Shown here: positions 27,030 to 36,827 of the stretch, in pieces
Position numbering within the stretch: position 1 is the first letter of the stretch
Layout of the letters: every line of letters begins with the position of its first letter
Notes under the pieces: generated by a model
Told to the model about the DNA's origin: nothing
What the model saw: only the letters and a program-made list of their open reading frames with translations
Database searches by the model: none
Position numbers and translations under genes: made by a program
Source of the DNA: a virus
Length of the DNA: 64,000 bases
Strand: one strand, 5' to 3'
Virus record (IMG/VR): IMGVR_UViG_3300025162_000046
Coordinates: 1 to 64,000 of that record

Positions 27030-27983
27030 ATGAGATATAATTTCATCTTGATTGATACTCTAAATCTGCTTTGGAAACTACGCGAAAAGAATGAACAAGT
27101 CTCGCTATTATCGTCGAAGTATGTTTATCGAGGCCTTGCTGCTAAGTATCTCGAAACTATCAAGAGCCTCAGTGATAACTATCTCGTAGAGGACGGCACA
27201 TTTTTCCTTTTGTTCGACAATCCCACAAGTCGCTTAGACTTACAAAAGTCATTTTATTTTGCATCTCGCAAGCATATCTACCCGAAGTATAAAGAGCAAC
27301 GCGCGAAAGAATGTAAAGAGTTTTACAATACTCTCGATTTGATTCGCTATTATTATCTCACTAATACTTCGGAGTATGCTTGCATTCAAGTCCAAAACCT
27401 TGAAGCAGATGATTTAGTCAAACCTGTGCTTACTAATTACTGCGCGCCCGATTCACGAGTGCTAATGGTCACTAACGATTATGATTGGACGAGGTATCTA
27501 TCAGCGCAGGTAGATTGGATGCCTAATCTTGAAGCCGAGCCGGAAACAATAACAGTATTCACTGAAAAGATGGGGTTCATTCCCACCGAGAGTTCTGTAA
27601 TTATGTATAAGAGTTTATTCGGTGATCCGAGCGATAACATCCCCCAGATTATTGTTAAGAACAATAAAACTTACACAGAGTTTCTTGATTTCCTACGGGC
27701 AACACCCACCCTCAACCCTGAGACCTTGATTGATAGGGGGCACAATACAGCCACCGCTGTCGCATCCCCAATTTTAACAGCCATCAAGTTAAATGAACGC
27801 CAGTATCGAATCAATATCCAATTGACCTCAACGATCCCCGTCTCAGAAAAACATCTCAAAGCGGTTACTTGTCGGGGGCGAAATTCTTCCGTTATTACAG
27901 AGGCAGTGGAAGTTGCTCTGGGGATCAGAAAAGAAAAGAAGGAATTCGTATTCGGCCAACTGAAAAGTCCTAAAACTTCCTAG
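27030..27983 (+). CDS. 5'-3' exonuclease / T4 RNase H-like flap nuclease
   Basis: LID, FDN, YKEQR, EADD, TNDYD, GDPSDNIP motifs. Confidence 0.9.
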   Translation: MRYNFILIDTLNLLWKLREKNEQVSLLSSKYVYRGLAAKYLETIKSLSDNYLVEDGTFFLLFDNPTSRLDLQKSFYFASRKHIYPKYKEQRAKECKEFYNTLDLIRYYYLTNTSEYACIQVQNLEADDLVKPVLTNYCAPDSRVLMVTNDYDWTRYLSAQVDWMPNLEAEPETITVFTEKMGFIPTESSVIMYKSLFGDPSDNIPQIIVKNNKTYTEFLDFLRATPTLNPETLIDRGHNTATAVASPILTAIKLNERQYRINIQLTSTIPVSEKHLKAVTCRGRNSSVITEAVEVALGIRKEKKEFVFGQLKSPKTS

Positions 27984-27995
27984 TATATTAGAATT

Positions 27996-29012
27996 ATGGC
28001 CTTACACATTTTTGGAGATATACATTTTAGTTCCTTACAGCCCTGGAGGCTTTCGTTAGGGGACGCATTTTTGGATTGGTTTATGGCTTATCAGCCGGGC
28101 CCGCGAGAGCAAAATTCCTTTCTTTGCTTAGGAGATTACACTGATAGCGCGGTTTTACCGGGTGAAGAGGTAGCGCAACTTAAAAGATTTATCGATATCG
28201 CAAAAGGTAAATTCAAACAGATCTATTTACTCACTGGAAATCATGATTTAAAACTTTATAAAAATAAGCCTCAATTATCTTTTGAGTTCCTCAAATATGA
28301 AGAAGGGGTGATAATTCTGCGAGAACCTGCCGAAGTGCTTGATATAGAAGGAATACGCATCCTTTCTCTCCCCCATTATAACTATCGCACGGATATTCCT
28401 TCTATGTGGGAGCACTACGGAAATTTGCCTAAGGTTATTAGAGACCAACATTTCGATTTAGTTTGCGGCCACTTTTCGGACACATCAGCACAACTGTTTG
28501 ACCATACGATTGACATATCTTATCTTAAAACAAATTATATTGTGCTCGGACATCAGCATATCCGAGCATCATCTCATTACACTGGCTCATTGTTCCCCTG
28601 CAAGATAAGCGAGAATAATAGCCCTACGCCTCGTGCGATCTGGATTTTTGAAAAGAAAGATAACAAGGTAATCAAATGCGAGATTCCTTTACCTAAGTTT
28701 GGAGAATACCGCGTTGCGGAGTATCCTAAGCCACTACCCAAGACAGATGCTCAAATTACCATCTGGACCATATTAGGCTGTGAATCTGAGAAAATAGCCG
28801 CGGCTTTATATGGCGATATTTTTATCCGAGGCATCGCCGCGAACTTCATTAAAAAGAATAACAACATCATTGCATCAGATGACACCTTCGTGCTGGGAGA
28901 TCCTACAACAGTCTTCAACGAATGGATCAAAACCGCAAAAACCCCAGTAAGTCGTTCTGTCGCCGCTCTCGTTCGAAAAATGCTCGCTCCTTCGGCCCCT
29001 CCTACTAATTAG
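27996..29012 (+). CDS. Mre11/SbcD/gp47-like metallophosphoesterase nuclease
   Basis: GDIH, LGD, GNHD, GH, GHQH motifs. Confidence 0.88.
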   Translation: MALHIFGDIHFSSLQPWRLSLGDAFLDWFMAYQPGPREQNSFLCLGDYTDSAVLPGEEVAQLKRFIDIAKGKFKQIYLLTGNHDLKLYKNKPQLSFEFLKYEEGVIILREPAEVLDIEGIRILSLPHYNYRTDIPSMWEHYGNLPKVIRDQHFDLVCGHFSDTSAQLFDHTIDISYLKTNYIVLGHQHIRASSHYTGSLFPCKISENNSPTPRAIWIFEKKDNKVIKCEIPLPKFGEYRVAEYPKPLPKTDAQITIWTILGCESEKIAAALYGDIFIRGIAANFIKKNNNIIASDDTFVLGDPTTVFNEWIKTAKTPVSRSVAALVRKMLAPSAPPTN

Positions 29013-29013
29013 G

Positions 29014-30300
29014 ATGGCCCGAGAATTTGAACAACAACGCTTTTTTAGTACAGATCAGTGGCAAAATGTTTTCTATGCCGCACAAATCCCGCTTGAATAT
29101 TACTTAGCGGATGTTCTCACTCTCGCAGATCTCTCCCGTATACAATGGTCCTCAGACGCATATGCTTTTCGTCGTAGGTTTGAACTTGCTGACGCTACGA
29201 ATGGTGGGGCCTTTGACGATATACAACCATCCTCTCTCAATCTCCCCTTCGTAAATTATTGGTACGAGAATGGCAAGTTCTGGGAGCCTGATGATCGGCC
29301 CTTTGCCGTAAACTCCCAGCAAATTCTCAAAGGACAGTGGGAAGAAGGTATGCCCGCAAGGCTATATGCTATTGCGGTAAAAACCCCCATCATAGGAACA
29401 GTTTATTACAGCACGGATATAGACGCGCGCATAGCCTACGAAAGACTGCTTTGGGAAAGACAACCAAAAGGACCAATCCAATTAAGCACTTCTATAAAGT
29501 GGAAGGGCGTTGATCTTGCGATCCCCGTCTTCATTACTTTTGAAAGTGTCAATTTCAATCCTAAATTCAATGAGACCGATTGGCTAAAAGCCCAGCGCAT
29601 GTTCCCTATGCAATTCGTGATGAGCCTTCGCACTTACGCAATCTATTATCCACAGCAAACCCCCATCGTCACTCTTCATCCCGACCGACCTATGCCTCCT
29701 TATAGCACAGGGACTCGTGGGGAAGGCCCGGGCGGTGATGATTCCGTATACATTACAGAATCCGTCTTACTCAACTTTGCCGCTAAAAAACAATGGGGCA
29801 CTTTGGATGATTCCGAGGGCATCATTGATATGAGTATAGTAGAAGATACTACCCCGCCCGGCGCAGCCACAGACCTGACAGATAGCGCCGGCAATCCTAT
29901 TCAATACGAATCTCAAACAATCAATAACGCGGTGGTTGATATCGCAACCGGGTACTTCACTGCCTCGACCGATGTCTTTGTCAATGAATGCTCTATCATT
30001 ACTATTGGTCAAAACACTTTCACGGTAAAATGGGTGGTCCGTCACGCGGAGTTACAATACTTGTCAGATGTCACTATTTATGTGCCGGGGCAAGTGCCTA
30101 TAAAAATCACAGATCAACGCATCCGCCAACAAGTAATTTCTGGGCTATACCCTAATTCAGAGTATCATGTGATCGTGTTATTTCATTCAACTAACGGCAG
30201 TGCTAAGGACTTCCATCTTACGGCCACTACCGCAAACGATCCGGCTAATCCTGTTCCGTTGAAGAAGCGCCGCGGAAAATTGAAGGGTATGGAATTTTAG
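29014..30300 (+). CDS. Probable structural protein (neck/tail completion) with C-terminal FN3-like domain
   Basis: Precedes the sheath gene; FTVKW...ISGLYPNSEYHVIV is FN3-like; ACTAATTA directly upstream. Confidence 0.5.
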   Translation: MAREFEQQRFFSTDQWQNVFYAAQIPLEYYLADVLTLADLSRIQWSSDAYAFRRRFELADATNGGAFDDIQPSSLNLPFVNYWYENGKFWEPDDRPFAVNSQQILKGQWEEGMPARLYAIAVKTPIIGTVYYSTDIDARIAYERLLWERQPKGPIQLSTSIKWKGVDLAIPVFITFESVNFNPKFNETDWLKAQRMFPMQFVMSLRTYAIYYPQQTPIVTLHPDRPMPPYSTGTRGEGPGGDDSVYITESVLLNFAAKKQWGTLDDSEGIIDMSIVEDTTPPGAATDLTDSAGNPIQYESQTINNAVVDIATGYFTASTDVFVNECSIITIGQNTFTVKWVVRHAELQYLSDVTIYVPGQVPIKITDQRIRQQVISGLYPNSEYHVIVLFHSTNGSAKDFHLTATTANDPANPVPLKKRRGKLKGMEF

Positions 30301-30338
30301 GGATAACTAAACAACTTATATTAGAATCGAGGTATTGT

Positions 30339-31112
30339 ATGTTTGGAATTATCTATAAGGCTACTTGTGTGGCAAATGGTAAAGTCTATGTGGGGCAAAC
30401 TATTGTTTCTTTACAAAGTAGACAAAGAGATCATTTTTATGAGGCAGCCAGAGGTGAAGATTCTTACTTTTGTCGGGCGCTTCGTAAATATGGTAAAGAC
30501 TATTTCGTGTGGGAACAAATAGATGGTGCTGAAACTATAGAAGAGTTGAATCAAAAAGAAATCTACTGGATTGCGTTTTATAGATGTTTTGAAGATCCTG
30601 CCAAAGGATACAATAGTGACTCCGGTGGAAAAAATGCTAAATCGTCAGAAGAAACTAAAAAGAAAATTGGAGACGCCCTACGGGGTAAGAAAAAGAATAT
30701 AACTCCGGAGGGTTTTCTTAAAAAACAAGAAGTATGTAGAAATCGAGTTTGGTCACAAGAATCAAAAGATAAACTTTCTATAGCCCGCATAGGACAAAAA
30801 TCCTCCTCCGAAACTATAGAAAAAATTAAAAAGGCTAATACAGGTAAAACTCGATCGCCTGAAGCCAAACAACATTATGTTGAAAGATGGACTGAGGAAG
30901 AACGGCAAAAAAGAAGAGAAAAGTATACGGGAGAAAATAATCCTAACTATGGAAAACATTTATCAAAAGAATCTCGACTAAGTATAAGTGAAAAGGCTAA
31001 GGCCCGTGGTGGCCGCACTCAGACAGATGAAGAAAGAAAGAAGAGATCTGATAGTATTCGTGCTTGGCACGCTAAGAGAAAACAACTTCTTTTAGAGCAA
31101 AGCACTAATTAG
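30339..31112 (+). CDS. GIY-YIG (Seg-like) homing endonuclease with NUMOD3-like repeats
   Basis: GIIYKAT...NGKVYVGQT...ALRKYG...E...GYN, then SEETKKKIG-type repeats. Confidence 0.92.
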   Translation: MFGIIYKATCVANGKVYVGQTIVSLQSRQRDHFYEAARGEDSYFCRALRKYGKDYFVWEQIDGAETIEELNQKEIYWIAFYRCFEDPAKGYNSDSGGKNAKSSEETKKKIGDALRGKKKNITPEGFLKKQEVCRNRVWSQESKDKLSIARIGQKSSSETIEKIKKANTGKTRSPEAKQHYVERWTEEERQKRREKYTGENNPNYGKHLSKESRLSISEKAKARGGRTQTDEERKKRSDSIRAWHAKRKQLLLEQSTN

Positions 31113-31138
31113 AGAGCAGGAACCTGATTTAGTGATCA

Positions 31139-33787
31139 GTGGAGGGTAAAATTATCGATAGCTTCAGACTCATTTTCGTCGACATAGATCAGTCATACAA
31201 CATTCCCGTAGCAGACAGCGCTATTCAGGGTTACATGGTCTGCCGAGCGCCTAAGGGCTCGACTGAGGCAGTATACTTCTCGAAAGGCTCCACCAATCAA
31301 ATTCACGCTATGCTGGGCATACCAACTGCGGATTGGCCGGATATTCAGGATGCGTTGGATCTCAATGCTTCGTATGGCTTGTGGATCTCTGCACCCCCGG
31401 GATCGAGCGCGGATTACCCCTCCTACTTTGGTGGAGTCTATCTTACTAAGCATGGGCTTTTCCCCTTCTATAAAATAACCGATCGCGCCGTGCCAAACTT
31501 CCAAGTTCTGGTAAATCCGGAAAGCGAAGACTTTGAATTCGTTCATGCCGGGGAAGCGAGCTCAACCATATCTCCAATGGAAGGATTTGGAAATCCTTCA
31601 GGATTTGATGAGATTCAAATTAATGATATCCCTCCAGCAATTCTTAGCTCCATGGTCGGTTTAAGTTTCAACTTCTGGGGAAATAGTGGTGCGCCCTCTG
31701 CGTATAGCGGTGCGGCTTCCTATCAACTCGTTCTAGAGGGGAATAGCCTCAAGGTTGAGAATCCTGATGGCGCCGGCACTATGATGTCTATTGGTTCACT
31801 TAGCAACGGGACATTAACTCTTACCGGCACGAATACTTCCGGCTCATCTTCTTTCATGTACTTTGATTTCGAACAACTTGTAAGCTCTGCTCCTTACAAA
31901 TCAACAGGCGGTGATTGGCTCTCCGACCCTGATCACGCAACCTACCTTACTCTGGTTCACACGGCGCTTTTGAACTCTCTCCAATGGATCGTTGATGTCA
32001 CTGACACTACCTATATGACCATCTCCCAGAAAACACAAACGGAGAAAGAGACATTCATTACCCTAAGTGATATTGGTTACGATGCTTATGCTTATGATTA
32101 TGCTCTTGATGCGTATAAGGATGAGCCTTATCCTGCCACGTATACCCCCGGCACAGGGGGCCCGTATTATCCAACGCCGGCAGATGTTGAAAATGCGAAC
32201 GGTCTATATGTACAATTTTTTACAACACAAGGGGCCCCTTCGGTTAAATGCGTCAACGGTATCTACCAATCTACAGGCGCGGGAACTCCTCCAGTAAACG
32301 TCACTATGAATTATCGTAATAAGTTTGTTCGTATTACAAACGCAGGCATTCGGCGCACAACTACAGGAGTTCTAAGAACTCCTCCCAGGGACACTATAGA
32401 AACCTCGGCCTATATCGACCAGATTTACTACGTCTCGTCATCTGGCACCTTACAACTGGTCAAGACAGCAGCGCACCCGGAAGGTATAGCCAATCCAAGA
32501 TATGCGCCAAACTTCAATCAGGTCACGTTCTCCGTAGTAGAAGATGTATACCCGGGCGACGCAACTTCTGGTGGAACTTTCACGGGCTCATTAAGTCAAA
32601 CAGGCACAGATGGTTACGGCGGGAACATTTATTACCCGAATGTGCTTCCTGAAAACGCTCTCTCTGATGTTGATGTGGCTGTTTATAGGACATTCGATAA
32701 TGACCTCAATGGCTCGGGATTCTTCGACCTTCTGACAGGGTATAAAGTAATAGATACCCGCATTTTCGACGCCACCACACAAAATAGCACCAATCAACAG
32801 TTGCCAGCATCGATCACCACAGGCTCGTTTGGAATGCCAACAGTGATAGGTCAGCGCCATGTAACCGGCATAGTCAATAGCCTGATAGCCTCTGGTTCAA
32901 CGGGAGGGGTTGTCGATGTTCGTTTCACCCCTCTTCTTATTGACGGGTGGACAGAAGCAGCGAAGGGCCAGTATGAGGTTTGCCGCGTATTTGCTGAGCC
33001 AACAGGAACAGAATCTCTCAAGGAGGATCTGTATAACCTTCGTCTGAATACCCATAAGGTTTCCACGTTCGTTTCTCCGAGAATCATCAGTGTTTCCGAA
33101 GCAAATGACCCTTCCAGTACTGTAATAACAGGTCGCTTGACAGGAACAGTTCAACTCGTCAATCAAGCACTGCGCAGTGATACTTATACCGGCGCTAAGT
33201 ATTGGACGAATTTGGTTGGAGCATACGCAGCCGAACTTCTTTACATCATGGATGGTAAACTTGGTGGCTGGGCTCCAATGTGGACAAGCATCGCGGGATA
33301 CGGTGGACAATTACCTGTCTCTGTCAACAAGATGAAATATGAGTTTACTCAGGCTCAACTCGAAGCCTTCGATACTATCGGTCTTAACCCGATCACGATG
33401 GACCCGACCTACGGTCTGATGGTAGTTAGCCAGAAGACAACGCAGGATCCGGATAATCTCAGTGACTGGTCGTATCTCGGTCACTCAATGGCTTTCGACC
33501 TCTTCAAGAGAGAAGTCCGAGACAATGTCATGGTGCCTCAGATCGGAAAGCCGAATGATAGTTACTACCAAGCAATGCGTCAACGCCAAGTTGAAGCCCT
33601 TCTCAATCGCCGAACGGGCGGAGCAGAGCCAATTTGGGCCGCAGGCAAAGTGGAAGTCGCCAATGTCAATACTTCGGATGTCAAGGCACAACGCAAATTC
33701 GCTATTCGCGTTACCGTAAAGGTCAATGTTTTCTCAGAGTATGTCGAGCTCACTTTTGTCAATGTGGCAGCCACGACTCAGATTTAA
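31139..33787 (+). CDS. Tail sheath protein
   Basis: 882 aa. C-terminal sheath hallmarks: GLNPI...GLMVVSQKT, QIGKPND, NVNTSDVKAQRKFAIRVTVK...EYVELTFVN. Exact start uncertain. Confidence 0.88.
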   Translation: MEGKIIDSFRLIFVDIDQSYNIPVADSAIQGYMVCRAPKGSTEAVYFSKGSTNQIHAMLGIPTADWPDIQDALDLNASYGLWISAPPGSSADYPSYFGGVYLTKHGLFPFYKITDRAVPNFQVLVNPESEDFEFVHAGEASSTISPMEGFGNPSGFDEIQINDIPPAILSSMVGLSFNFWGNSGAPSAYSGAASYQLVLEGNSLKVENPDGAGTMMSIGSLSNGTLTLTGTNTSGSSSFMYFDFEQLVSSAPYKSTGGDWLSDPDHATYLTLVHTALLNSLQWIVDVTDTTYMTISQKTQTEKETFITLSDIGYDAYAYDYALDAYKDEPYPATYTPGTGGPYYPTPADVENANGLYVQFFTTQGAPSVKCVNGIYQSTGAGTPPVNVTMNYRNKFVRITNAGIRRTTTGVLRTPPRDTIETSAYIDQIYYVSSSGTLQLVKTAAHPEGIANPRYAPNFNQVTFSVVEDVYPGDATSGGTFTGSLSQTGTDGYGGNIYYPNVLPENALSDVDVAVYRTFDNDLNGSGFFDLLTGYKVIDTRIFDATTQNSTNQQLPASITTGSFGMPTVIGQRHVTGIVNSLIASGSTGGVVDVRFTPLLIDGWTEAAKGQYEVCRVFAEPTGTESLKEDLYNLRLNTHKVSTFVSPRIISVSEANDPSSTVITGRLTGTVQLVNQALRSDTYTGAKYWTNLVGAYAAELLYIMDGKLGGWAPMWTSIAGYGGQLPVSVNKMKYEFTQAQLEAFDTIGLNPITMDPTYGLMVVSQKTTQDPDNLSDWSYLGHSMAFDLFKREVRDNVMVPQIGKPNDSYYQAMRQRQVEALLNRRTGGAEPIWAAGKVEVANVNTSDVKAQRKFAIRVTVKVNVFSEYVELTFVNVAATTQI

Positions 33788-33808
33788 CGAACCAATACTT
33801 ACAAATCT

Positions 33809-33841
33809 AACCTCCACTAATTATATTAGTTAGTGGAGGTT
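33809..33841 (+). promoter_or_regulatory. RBS-sequestering hairpin containing the ACTAATTA motif
   Basis: AACCTCCACTAA...TTAGTGGAGGTT stem; ATG at 33846. Confidence 0.85.
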
Positions 33842-33845
33842 TTTT

Positions 33846-35072
33846 ATGGACCATTATATTTATGTTTATCTTGATCCCCGAGAGTCTGGGCAATATGTTT
33901 ATGGAAATTTGCAATTTGATTATGAACCTTTCTATGTAGGAAAGGGTAAAGAAGATAGAGACACCCAGCATCTTCGAGATTTGTTTCACCTGGGGGGCCG
34001 AAAAAATACTTGCAAAGATAATAAATTAAAGGCAATAATACAACAAGGAAAAGCCCCTATTATTCTCCGATTAATAGAGAATCTGACAGATGATGAGGCC
34101 TGCGCGAAAGAAATAGAGATGATAGCATTAATAGGGCGGTCATGTGAAAAAACAGGCCCACTTACGAATTTACACAAGGGGGGCACAGGGGGATCTCAGC
34201 CGGAAGAGATTCGGAAACAAACGGGGCTCAAAATATCTCAGCGCTGGGCCGAAGGAGCCTACAAGAATAAAGTAGAAACTCCAATGACCGACGAACAAAA
34301 AGAAAAGATTCGTCAAGCGCATTTAGGGATGAAAGAAGATCCCGAGATTACTAAAAAAAGAGTCGCTGCTCGCGCGGGGTATAAGCACTCCGAAGAAACG
34401 AAACAGCACATTCGGGAAGGACAAAAAGTAGAACTTGCTAAACGTAATACAAAACAAAGTTGGGAAAACCCGGAGATTAGGAAAAAAAGATTAGAGGGAA
34501 TCAAGGATAGCTGGGAAAAGAAAAAGGGCATCAAACGTCTATGGATAAACAATGGAGAGCAGAGTGGGTGTTATGAAGAACAGAACGCTAAAAAACTTCT
34601 TGAGCAAGGATGGATCAAGGGTCGATTACCCGTATTTTCACTACTACAAGGCCGTATACCCTCCGAAAAAACAAAACAAAAAATGAGAGAGACTGCGGCT
34701 CAACCCGAGAAAAAAGCAAAAAGGATAGAAAATTCTAAAAAGAATTGGGAATCGGAAGAATACAGAAAGCAACGATTGCAAACTCTACAAGAAACTTGCG
34801 CCACTCGCACTCTTCGAAAAAAAGTTTGGATACATACCGCAGAAGAAACGATTATGGTATATCAGGATGAGTTAGATAATTACCTAAATGAGGGGTATCA
34901 AGAAGGCCGCGGAGAGTCACTAAAAAAACGAGGCAGACAAGGAAAATCTTATTGGGTAAACAATGGAACTGAATCCAAAATGCTGCGAGAAGATAAAGCA
35001 TTAGAACTCCTTGAACAAGATTGGGTTAAAGGTCGTCTATCGATCAAGAAAGACAAAAAATGGGCCCACTAA
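33846..35072 (+). CDS. GIY-YIG-like homing endonuclease with three C-terminal W-x-N-G...G-W-x-x-G-R repeats
   Basis: YIYVYLDPRE...EPFYVGKG...GPLTNLHKGG; paralog of 3938..4720. Confidence 0.88.
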   Translation: MDHYIYVYLDPRESGQYVYGNLQFDYEPFYVGKGKEDRDTQHLRDLFHLGGRKNTCKDNKLKAIIQQGKAPIILRLIENLTDDEACAKEIEMIALIGRSCEKTGPLTNLHKGGTGGSQPEEIRKQTGLKISQRWAEGAYKNKVETPMTDEQKEKIRQAHLGMKEDPEITKKRVAARAGYKHSEETKQHIREGQKVELAKRNTKQSWENPEIRKKRLEGIKDSWEKKKGIKRLWINNGEQSGCYEEQNAKKLLEQGWIKGRLPVFSLLQGRIPSEKTKQKMRETAAQPEKKAKRIENSKKNWESEEYRKQRLQTLQETCATRTLRKKVWIHTAEETIMVYQDELDNYLNEGYQEGRGESLKKRGRQGKSYWVNNGTESKMLREDKALELLEQDWVKGRLSIKKDKKWAH

Positions 35073-35117
35073 TTATATAATGATCCGCGAGGACTTCGCG
35101 ATACAAGGAGAATAAGC

Positions 35118-35879
35118 ATGGCAAATCTTGCTTCAAATCAGGTAACAGCACTATTAGGCCTTGGTGCTGATGCTATGGATAATATGTTCGATATCGAGAT
35201 CACCCCTCCGGCAGGTCTCACCACTTTTCAAGGTCTAGGTACCGGAAGGGCCGGTATACTTAGTGCCGCTGACCCAGGATTCCAAAACAATCTTACTATT
35301 CGCGCGGAAGGATTTGAACCCCCTTCGCTAAGCGTGAAAACTTATAAGGTAGGATACAAGGCGGTCAATATCGATCGTCCTTCTACAAAAATAGAAGGTG
35401 AGAGAGAATTTAAAATCACCTTCCGTCTTGATGCTAATTATCGCGCGTATCGTTTCCTCAGTGCTTGGAAATCTCTTATTATGCAGCAATCCACTGGCTA
35501 TGTGACTAACGCTTTATGGGGAGACGGCGGCGATGAAGCTGGTCTTACACTTCCCATACCTGCAATCAATACAGTTTTTGGCCAAGTAATAGTATCCGCC
35601 CTTGCACGACCAATCTATCAAGATGGGGGATCTCCTTTCTCCGCACAGGGCGTTGATGCTGGTAAGTTTACTGATGGGACGTTATCGACATCCGCCGCTG
35701 CTTCTACAATGCCCGGTGCGATGGATAAGACTACGTGGCAATTTAATCACGTTTGGCTTGCTAAACTTGAGGAGCCAAAATATAAGACAGATGGCGGAGA
35801 AGCACTCAAGATCTCCGCGACCTTTAAATTCGGAGAATTCGGAGATCCCGTTTATCTACAATACGGTAACTTAGGATAA
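35118..35879 (+). CDS. Tail tube protein
   Basis: Follows the sheath; NMFDIEI...FKITFRLD...W...WQFNHVW...ISATFKF tube-like pattern. Confidence 0.75.
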   Translation: MANLASNQVTALLGLGADAMDNMFDIEITPPAGLTTFQGLGTGRAGILSAADPGFQNNLTIRAEGFEPPSLSVKTYKVGYKAVNIDRPSTKIEGEREFKITFRLDANYRAYRFLSAWKSLIMQQSTGYVTNALWGDGGDEAGLTLPIPAINTVFGQVIVSALARPIYQDGGSPFSAQGVDAGKFTDGTLSTSAAASTMPGAMDKTTWQFNHVWLAKLEEPKYKTDGGEALKISATFKFGEFGDPVYLQYGNLG

Positions 35880-35894
35880 TAAATTCCTGGGGAA

Positions 35895-36788
35895 GTGAGA
35901 TCCATGGCTGAACTTAATTCTCAAATATCCGCCCTGCTCTCTGCGGGCGCGGATGCTATGGACAACTTATTCGATGTAAGCATAGATCTCCCTCCCGCCC
36001 TAACCTCTCTCATACCTGGGGGAATGCCCGGCGGGCGAGTCCCATTTACTCTTCGGTGTATGGGATTTACCCCTCCTAAGTTCACTTTAAAAACCTACGA
36101 CGCACCTTATAAAACAATGAAGGTAAAACGCGCCGGCGGGAAAATTGAAGGAGAGCGTTCTTTTCAATTACAATTTCGCCTCGATGCCTATTATACGGTA
36201 TATCGTCTTCTTCTTGCGTGGCGCAGCGCCCAAATGCAAGCCTCCTCTGGGTTTGCTTCTAACGCTGTGGATACTTATGATGGAAATAATAACTCCTTTT
36301 TAGGATCAATATTCGTCTCTGCGGCAGATAGCCCTGTCGCTCAGCAACTAGGAAAAGGGTATGATGCGGAAGGAGTTTCCCGAGGAGAAATCAGCGCTCA
36401 AACCGCCGCCCAAGGAGTATCCGTTGGCCTCGGCTGGGTCTTTCAAGACGCTTGGATTATGGATATGGAAAATCCAAAATTTACAACTGGTGCCGGAGAG
36501 ATTCAACTTATTTCTGTTACTTTTGGATTTGGAAACTACATAGATTCACAAGCATATGATTTCACATACGGAGAATCAAAGACATATCAAAATATGATTC
36601 CCGACACGACAGGGGTCTCACTTCAAGCCTCAATAAATGCCGGTATAGCAGCAGCCTCGGCAGCCAATGCGGCGACTGGACTCGCAAGACTACAAGCGGC
36701 ACAAGGTGGTGGTAATACTGGGGCCTCTTCAGCAAGCATGGCTGCCGATAAGGCCGCCGCAGCCGCTGCTAATAAAGCACGACTCTAA
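35895..36788 (+). CDS. Tail tube paralog with Ala-rich C-terminal tail
   Basis: Clear paralogy with 35118 (GADAMDNxFD, KIEGER, FRLDA). Start may be ATG 35904. Confidence 0.7.
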   Translation: MRSMAELNSQISALLSAGADAMDNLFDVSIDLPPALTSLIPGGMPGGRVPFTLRCMGFTPPKFTLKTYDAPYKTMKVKRAGGKIEGERSFQLQFRLDAYYTVYRLLLAWRSAQMQASSGFASNAVDTYDGNNNSFLGSIFVSAADSPVAQQLGKGYDAEGVSRGEISAQTAAQGVSVGLGWVFQDAWIMDMENPKFTTGAGEIQLISVTFGFGNYIDSQAYDFTYGESKTYQNMIPDTTGVSLQASINAGIAAASAANAATGLARLQAAQGGGNTGASSASMAADKAAAAAANKARL

Positions 36789-36827
36789 CGCTAGTTTTTA
36801 CAAGATCATTCCCAACACTAATTAGAT

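Noticed and set aside
27432-27439. ACTAATTA inside the exonuclease gene, and ACTAATTC copies inside other CDSs
   Set aside because: They are not near a start codon and are plausible chance matches in AT-rich coding DNA, so I did not count them as promoters.
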